From: Eubacteriales bacterium
Lineage (GTDB): Bacteria; Bacillota; Clostridia; Oscillospirales; CAG-272
DNA: 64,000 nt
NCBI GenBank assembly: GCA_034101145.1
Contig: JAXEKG010000003.1
Location: forward strand, 135,419-199,418
Direction: 5' to 3'
Shown here: positions 58,449-64,000 of the stretch, piece after piece
Layout of the letters: the number at the start of each line of letters is the position of its first letter
How positions within the stretch are numbered: the stretch's first letter is position 1
Made by a program: the position numbers and the translations under genes
The notes under the pieces: model-generated
Database searches by the model: none
What the model saw: only the letters and a program-made list of their open reading frames with translations
What the model was told of the DNA's origin: nothing

Positions 58449-59963
58449 ATGTTGGCTCTCGCCGTCAGAAACACGAAAAAGCTGGTGCGTCGTTTTGTGA
58501 AGGAGAAAAACATACGGCTCGGCAATCGATTCACGAAGGAAAAGAACGCCGCCCTTATGGGCGATATAACGGAGGCACCGAACAAAGAGACCGTATCCGT
58601 GCTTGATGCAGGCGCGGGAACGGGAATATTATCGGCGGCGGTAGTCGAGAGCCTGTGCAAAAAAGGCAAGGGAAACATAAAATTTATCGACCTGGTATGC
58701 TACGAGAACTGCCCCGACTATTTGGAAATGCTCGCGGACAATATGGAAAGAGTGAGGAAGAAGTGCAAGCACGATTATAACATACGTCTGCGCACGAAAA
58801 TTGTCGCTCGTGATTTTTTGCTCGACGAAAAATGCGAGACGCCCGATATGAAGCGAAAGAGGGATGTCTTCGATGGTTACGATATAGCAATACTCAACCC
58901 CCCTACGGAAATGGCAGACAAAAGCTCTCCGTACGGAATGAGGGTGCCGCAGATGGTTGCAACCTCGATAAGCGAGGCGTTTATATTCACGGCAGTGGCT
59001 CTTCACGCATTGAAAGAGGACGGACAGCTGATAGCGTATCTCCCGGTAGAACTTGCCACCGGAGCGTCGCTCGCAAAGGCGAGAGGGCATATATTCTCCC
59101 AATCGCGCATAGAGCGTATACACGTTTTCAAGGATAAGCCCAAGGGTGCGGAGAATGCGGAAAAACTGCGCGGTGATTTCATACTGAAATTAAGAAAAAC
59201 AGACAGAGTCTTTGAGAGCGTGGTTACATCTGTCTGCGTGGGCGACGAGGCAGAAAACGTAAAGACTCTCCCGCCTGTTCCGTATGATTTTATACTCAGA
59301 AAGAGCGACGGGCTTATAACGCTGGTTAAGGATATCAGCGACGTTAAGGTGTTTATTTTCCTGTCGTCAATGTCAAACACCCTTTCGGGTATCGGACTGA
59401 AAGCACGCACGGGGCTTACTCTTGAATCGAGGTATCCGGAATTTATTTTCGACACTCCTGCGGATGACAGAATACCGCTCATAGTTCCCTCAAACATACG
59501 TGCAGGGCATATTGACTTTTCCTCGTCTCCGAAATACATAAAGCCGAACATCCCCTCTCTCATACAAAAAAACAGAAATATGCTCCTCATAAAGCGTATA
59601 CCCTCGAAGGGGGACGGCCGTCACCTGGTATGCTCGGTTTATCTTTCCTCTCAGCAATACGAATACAATTCGATAAGCACTCACAACAAGCTCAACTATA
59701 TTGATTACGCAGATGACAAGCGTGAGATGGATTCCTATATGCTTCACGGCCTTTACGCGCTGTTCTCCAGCTCGCTCTACGAAAAATACTGCTCTCTCGT
59801 TTTCGGAACTTCAAACGTTAATATAGCAAGCTTTGCATACCTGCCGTTGCCGGATGAAGGGACTATAAGGAAAATAGGCTCCGCGCTCTCGGTATCAAGG
59901 ACGTTTTCCTCCCGTGCGTGCGACAACCTGGTTAATTCCGCGCTCGGTTTCACCATGCCGTGA
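58449..59963 (+). CDS. Gamma-class N6-adenine DNA methyltransferase-like protein (Eco57I/TaqI-type layout) with atypical motif IV
   Basis: Motif I VLDAGAGTGILS. Motif IV position reads ILNPPT (58896-58907 = NPPT) instead of NPP(Y/F/W). The upstream FTP-like motif reads RFTK. A roughly 300-aa C-terminal TRD-like region follows. GGAGG SD. Confidence 0.7.
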   Translation: MLALAVRNTKKLVRRFVKEKNIRLGNRFTKEKNAALMGDITEAPNKETVSVLDAGAGTGILSAAVVESLCKKGKGNIKFIDLVCYENCPDYLEMLADNMERVRKKCKHDYNIRLRTKIVARDFLLDEKCETPDMKRKRDVFDGYDIAILNPPTEMADKSSPYGMRVPQMVATSISEAFIFTAVALHALKEDGQLIAYLPVELATGASLAKARGHIFSQSRIERIHVFKDKPKGAENAEKLRGDFILKLRKTDRVFESVVTSVCVGDEAENVKTLPPVPYDFILRKSDGLITLVKDISDVKVFIFLSSMSNTLSGIGLKARTGLTLESRYPEFIFDTPADDRIPLIVPSNIRAGHIDFSSSPKYIKPNIPSLIQKNRNMLLIKRIPSKGDGRHLVCSVYLSSQQYEYNSISTHNKLNYIDYADDKREMDSYMLHGLYALFSSSLYEKYCSLVFGTSNVNIASFAYLPLPDEGTIRKIGSALSVSRTFSSRACDNLVNSALGFTMP

Positions 59964-60144
59964 CGGGTACAAAGCCTCACGTCGCGGAGCCGATTCCGAG
60001 GTTGTGAAGAACCCGGAAAAATCCAAAGAGTGTTTTCGGCCGACGGTAAACCAAAATTTGCGGACTTTGCCTCGGACGAGGACAAACCGAAAAGCGGTTT
60101 TTAGGATGCCCGACGAAATTAATGAAAAAATTGCGCAAAGCTAT

Positions 60145-60173
60145 TGATTTTTGCAAAAATGCGTGTTATACTA
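60145..60173 (+). promoter_or_regulatory. Putative promoter upstream of secG
   Basis: TTGATT, 17 nt, TATACT with a TGT extended -10. The leader is about 145 nt. Confidence 0.5.
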
Positions 60174-60324
60174 TTACAGTATCGGACTCGGCGGATGTAT
60201 TAATATGCGTTTTTCGCCGTAGCGTGCGAATTTTTCGGTGCTGTGCTTTTTGCATCGTTCTGAATATCAATACAGATAAATGAAACGGAGGCATACTTCC
60301 CTCTTTGCGTGGGAAAGATAAATT

Positions 60325-60621
60325 ATGACAAAGCTTGATATAGTATTACAGATACTTTTACTTGTTTTCGGGGTTTTCCTCGTTGTTGCGGTACTGCTCC
60401 AGAAGTCCAAGTCTCAGGGACTCTCGGGCACCATACAGGGAGGTGCCGAAACCTTCTACGGCAAGGGAATGGGCGGAAAGAGCGACAGAATTCTTTCGAT
60501 AGCAACCGCTGTCATCGGTGTAATCTTTGTTCTTCTCGCAATAGTTGTTTACTGCAAGCAGGCAACTTATACCGGTTCCGATATGTCATGGGAAACGATA
60601 AAGGATATCCTGGGCAAATAA
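60325..60621 (+). CDS. secG: Preprotein translocase subunit SecG
   Basis: Two TM helices with LLQKSKSQGLSGTIQGGAETFYGK between them, which is typical of SecG. The secG-rnr pairing is conserved. Confidence 0.85.
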   Translation: MTKLDIVLQILLLVFGVFLVVAVLLQKSKSQGLSGTIQGGAETFYGKGMGGKSDRILSIATAVIGVIFVLLAIVVYCKQATYTGSDMSWETIKDILGK

Positions 60622-60637
60622 GTCATACAAAATTATA

Positions 60638-60662
60638 ATGGGACGCAAGTCCCATTTTTTTA
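60638..60662 (+). terminator. Rho-independent terminator of secG
   Basis: ATGGGAC-gcaa-GTCCCAT followed by TTTTTTT. Confidence 0.9.
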
Positions 60663-60721
60663 TGCGATAAGCATCTTATGCAGGCACATCAAAAATTAAG
60701 CACATAAGAACGAGCGTGAAA

Positions 60722-62896
60722 ATGAAAAATAAAACGAAAAGAAATAAAATAAAAGAGAAATCATTGGCGAGGAAAAGCTCGGCCAAGAGCAAAGCGGTAA
60801 AAAAGAACACTGACTTTACGGCAAAAAAAGCAAAAAGGAAAAATCCGTACGATAAAAACAAATTGCGCACAGGTCGCGGATTCGGTTATACGGGAGCAAA
60901 GAAAAAGGCGGAATACGACAAGAAGGCGTACGGAATATTCCGCTCGACGAGGCACGGCTACGGCTTTGTGACGACACAGGCAAGCTCAGAGGATATTTTT
61001 ATCCCCGCAAATCTTACAAGGGGTGCCATGGACGGCGACCGTGTGGAGATATCGTACCTTGTCAGAGAGGGGGACAGATGCGAGGGTGAGGTTATCCGCA
61101 TAACCGATTATTCAAAGTCAAACGTCATAGGAACCTACTACCGCACGTCGGAGAGACGGGCATCCCGCCACGGCATGCGCAGAATATCTTTTGCCGGGGC
61201 GTACGTTATACCCGATAACGGCAAACCGTCGGCACAGATAAAAGTAAAACCTGCGGATTTTGTAAGGGACGGAGATAAGGTAGAGGTTAAGATAGACCGC
61301 CGTCATATTCCGGGCGAGGAATTTTTCGGCGAGGTTATAAAGAACTTCGGCAGCGCCGATACCAGGGAGGCAAACTACGGTGCAATACTTTCGGCTAACG
61401 GCATAGAAACGGATTTCACGGACGAAGAGCTCGAGCTCGCAAAGAGAGAATCGCAAACAAGCATAAGCTTTGAGGGGCGAAAAGATTTTACGGAACAGAT
61501 GATATTCACCATAGACGGCGAGGACGCGAAGGACCTCGACGATGCCGTCTCCCTGTCATCAAATAAAAACGGAGAATATATTCTCGGCGTTCATATAGCG
61601 GACGTAAGCGAATACGTAAAGCCCAAAACCGCGCTTGACCGCCTCGCCATGCGCAGGGGTACCAGCGTTTATTTTACCGACAAGGTGGTTCCGATGCTCC
61701 CGAGAGCACTCTCCAACGGCTCCTGCTCGCTCAACGCAGGCGAGAAAAAATATGCGCTCAGCGCGATAATCACGCTCTCCTCCGACGGAAAGATCAAAGA
61801 AACAAGTATTGTGCGCAGCGTTATAATATCAAAGGTACGAGGTGTTTACAGCGAGGTTAACGACCTCTTTGAAAACGGTATCAAATCATCTTTTCATTCA
61901 AAATACCGTGATGCGTACAAAACGCTTCTTAAAATGAAGAAGCTGTACCTGATACTTGCAAAACGCGCCGCCCAAAGAGGCGCGCTCGAGCTTGACCGTC
62001 CCGAGGCATATATAAAACTGGACGACAGGGGTGAGCCAATCGACATTGTAAAACGAGAGAGAGGCGACGCCGAAAAAATGATAGAGCAGTTTATGCTCGC
62101 GGCAAACGAAGGGGTTGCCACCGTGATGAGCGAAAAGCACCTGCCGTGCGTTTACCGTATACACGAGGCACCCTCCGACGAAAAGACCTCGGCGTTCGTT
62201 CGCTTCGTATATAATCAGGGACTCTGTGGGGCAACGTCGGTTCCCTCCGGGATTAACGGCAAATTCTTCGCCGACGCGGTAGCAAAGGCGAGGGAAACGG
62301 GCAAATCCGACGCCGTGTCGTATATCGCCCTGCGTACCATGGCAAAGGCAAGGTATTCGGAGAACAATCTCGGACATTTCGGGCTGGGTATAGGCAGGTA
62401 CTGTCATTTCACATCCCCGATACGCCGCCTCTCCGACCTTGCAACTCACAGAATGGTAAAGGCCGTATTGCTCGACGGTGTTCCGCCCGAAAGATATACC
62501 TCTTATGCGAGACGTGCGGCAGAGGCGGCAAGCGAAGCGGAGCTGCGCGCCATGAGTGCGGAGAGGGCGATAGACGACCTCTATAAGAGCATATATATGG
62601 AGAAGTTCGTGGGCGAAGAATTCGACGCTCAAATCTCCATGATAACGTCGTTCGGCATTTTCGCCGCTCTGGACAATACCTGCGAGGGTATGATACCCGT
62701 ATCCGACTTCGGGGGCGGTTGTATATATGATGAAAACAGTCTGACGCTTTATGCTGACGGGCACAGGTTCTCCCTCGCCGACAGAATACGCATAAGGGTT
62801 GAGAGCACGGATATAACGACGGGCAAGGTAACCTTTTCCCTCGTCGGCGTAACAGAGGCCGATTCCGACGACGACTTCGGAATGACGACAAGGTAA
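60722..62896 (+). CDS. rnr: Ribonuclease R with lysine-rich N-terminal extension
   Basis: Cold-shock-like HGYGFVT, RNB domain (IDGEDAKDLDDAVS, HFGL...YCHFTSPIRRLSDL) and a C-terminal S1 domain. GTG 60716 is an alternative start. Confidence 0.92.
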   Translation: MKNKTKRNKIKEKSLARKSSAKSKAVKKNTDFTAKKAKRKNPYDKNKLRTGRGFGYTGAKKKAEYDKKAYGIFRSTRHGYGFVTTQASSEDIFIPANLTRGAMDGDRVEISYLVREGDRCEGEVIRITDYSKSNVIGTYYRTSERRASRHGMRRISFAGAYVIPDNGKPSAQIKVKPADFVRDGDKVEVKIDRRHIPGEEFFGEVIKNFGSADTREANYGAILSANGIETDFTDEELELAKRESQTSISFEGRKDFTEQMIFTIDGEDAKDLDDAVSLSSNKNGEYILGVHIADVSEYVKPKTALDRLAMRRGTSVYFTDKVVPMLPRALSNGSCSLNAGEKKYALSAIITLSSDGKIKETSIVRSVIISKVRGVYSEVNDLFENGIKSSFHSKYRDAYKTLLKMKKLYLILAKRAAQRGALELDRPEAYIKLDDRGEPIDIVKRERGDAEKMIEQFMLAANEGVATVMSEKHLPCVYRIHEAPSDEKTSAFVRFVYNQGLCGATSVPSGINGKFFADAVAKARETGKSDAVSYIALRTMAKARYSENNLGHFGLGIGRYCHFTSPIRRLSDLATHRMVKAVLLDGVPPERYTSYARRAAEAASEAELRAMSAERAIDDLYKSIYMEKFVGEEFDAQISMITSFGIFAALDNTCEGMIPVSDFGGGCIYDENSLTLYADGHRFSLADRIRIRVESTDITTGKVTFSLVGVTEADSDDDFGMTTR

Positions 62897-62917
62897 AGTA
62901 TAGCTAAAAGCAAGAGA

Positions 62918-63385
62918 ATGGAAAACAAAATGAACGGAAACGCAAAAAGAATTTCGAAAACAAAGACAAGGGTGCTTATGGCATTTGCTCTTGTCTTAAT
63001 AAATGCGTTGGCAATTTCTTCGTTTTTTATCTTCCTTTACGTTGATGAAAAAACGGGGGGAGAGCTTTTTGCCTGTTCATTTCACGACCGTCTGGGAATT
63101 TACTGTCCCGGGTGCGGAATCACGCGTGCCGTGCGCTCGCTTATGCATTTTGATATTTTATCGTCGCTGAAATACAATCCATGTGCTATCATTCTTTTGC
63201 TTACCGTGGCTTATTACGAGGCAAGAGCGATTATGAGTGTTGTTTATGCCGATATTTCCGTTTTTCTGAAATCAAAGGCTCATCCGCTGATATTTTTTGC
63301 GGCAACGGTGATTTTTGTCTTTCTGGTCAGAAATATTCTCCTTTTCTTTTTCGGCATAGACATCACAGGCGACTTTTTGCATTGA
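62918..63385 (+). CDS. DUF2752-like membrane protein
   Basis: The CPGCGITRA motif after the first TM, followed by further TM helices, is the DUF2752 hallmark. Confidence 0.7.
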   Translation: MENKMNGNAKRISKTKTRVLMAFALVLINALAISSFFIFLYVDEKTGGELFACSFHDRLGIYCPGCGITRAVRSLMHFDILSSLKYNPCAIILLLTVAYYEARAIMSVVYADISVFLKSKAHPLIFFAATVIFVFLVRNILLFFFGIDITGDFLH

Positions 63386-63439
63386 CGGAAAATTTTTCTT
63401 TGATACGGAAAACCTCGCTTCCAAAATGGCGTCAGATAC

Positions 63440-63468
63440 TTGACAAAGACAAAACGGCGATATATAAT
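63440..63468 (+). promoter_or_regulatory. Consensus sigma-A promoter of the ileS leader
   Basis: TTGACA (63440-45), 17 nt, TATAAT (63463-68). Confidence 0.65.
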
Positions 63469-63477
63469 GTAAATAAA

Positions 63478-63706
63478 GACTGTGACGAAGACAGTAGCGT
63501 ATGGAAAAAGGGCAAAGAGAGCCGGGGCGGGTGAGAGCCGGTGCCGAGTATTTGTACGTGAATATCACTTCCGAGTCCCGTACCCGAAATCGGCGATACC
63601 GAGAATAAGGAACGGCGCGTTTCCGTGCGTGAGTGGAAGGCATATGGCTGTATGCTAAATATCAGGTAATTTGCTTGCCCGGTTTTTAGCGGGCAAGTTT
63701 TTTTAT
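63478..63706 (+). ncRNA. Probable T-box leader (Ile specifier AUC) ending in an intrinsic terminator
   Basis: Stem I, hand-folded: GAAG..AGTA..GCGTA..GGCA-[AAGAGAG]-CCGG-[GGCGGGTGAGAG]-CCGG-TGCC..TACG-t-GAA-t-ATC-A-CTTC. This gives an AG bay, a GGUGAGA distal loop, an AGUA/GAA S-turn, and AUC followed by a purine. The terminator is CTTGCCCG...CGGGCAAG + T7 (63674-63704). The canonical T-box 14-mer is poorly matched (GAGUGGAAGG). Confidence 0.6.
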
Positions 63707-63722
63707 TTATCCGGAGGCTGAA

Positions 63723-64000
63723 ATGTACGAAAAGGTATCAAGCAATCTTGACTTCGTGAAGAGAGAACAGGAAATTGAGAAGTTCTGGAAAGAGAACAAA
63801 ATATTCGAGAAGAGCGTGGATTCGAGGAAAGAATGTCCGAATTATACGTTTTATGACGGACCCCCTACCGCAAACGGAAAACCGCACATAGGACACGTTC
63901 TTACGCGCGTTATCAAGGATATGATTCCGCGTTACCGCACGATGAAGGGCTATGACGTGGACAGAAAAGCCGGCTGGGATACTCACGGACTCCCCGTTGA
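63723..64000 (+). CDS. ileS: Isoleucine--tRNA ligase, N-terminal fragment (runs off the window)
   Basis: Own translation: [31 protein letters not shown]...[26 protein letters not shown] (HIGH motif). GGAGG SD. Confidence 0.9.
   Translation, partial: MYEKVSSNLDFVKREQEIEKFWKENKIFEKSVDSRKECPNYTFYDGPPTANGKPHIGHVLTRVIKDMIPRYRTMKGYDVDRKAGWDTHGLPV

Noticed and set aside
62897-63722. Expected smpB/ssrA (tmRNA) after secG-rnr
   Set aside because: There is no tRNA-like GGGG...TTCGA 5' end and no tag ORF. The structured RNA here fits a T-box leader for ileS instead, and the ORF after rnr is DUF2752-like.
63738-63986. 82-aa minus-strand ORF at the right edge
   Set aside because: It is antisense to the clearly recognizable ileS N-terminus (HIGH motif) on the plus strand.

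Overview
This 64 kb window covers the chromosomal replication-origin region of a Firmicutes (Clostridia-type) genome. That taxonomic guess rests only on gene content, a CIRCE operator, parS sites and Gram-positive SD/promoter style.

Core block (minus strand): dnaA-dnaN-recF-remB-like-gyrB-gyrA at 18.6-27.6 kb. The 307-bp dnaA-dnaN spacer looks like oriC. It carries a cluster of non-canonical 9-mers (TTTTCAACA / TGTTGAAAA) and a TAG-trinucleotide run.

Other housekeeping content:
- rny (partial) and the CIRCE-controlled hrcA-grpE-dnaK-dnaJ operon
- soj-spo0J flanked by two parS sites
- RNase J, RNase HI, PFOR (nifJ), trpS, tRNA-Thr(GGT), secG-rnr, and a T-box-led ileS (partial)

Accessory or less-understood content:
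- a GH2/AraC/transporter sugar locus
- a translationally coupled GT2 + 672-aa unknown pair directly abutting oriC
- a roughly 12 kb co-oriented cluster: ABC-2 ATPase/permease, two GldG-like proteins, a DUF4340-like protein, then two trigger-factor/FKBP-like lipoproteins flanking rnhA
- an ABC-F ATPase with one co-degenerate ATP site
- an orphan gamma-type N6-adenine methyltransferase-like gene with a non-aromatic NPPT motif, divergent from a metallophosphoesterase
- a Cys-rich S/Q/G-repeat membrane protein and an XRE-S24 repressor

Non-coding observations: a roughly 130-150 bp composite module occurs twice at convergent gene junctions, and there is a 65-bp tandem repeat plus a 26-bp palindrome upstream of a WecA-like gene. 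RNase J has a 66-bp x4 in-frame repeat.

I saw no CRISPR array, transposase, integrase or rRNA. All homology calls come from reading the translations and recalling motifs. No database search was run.
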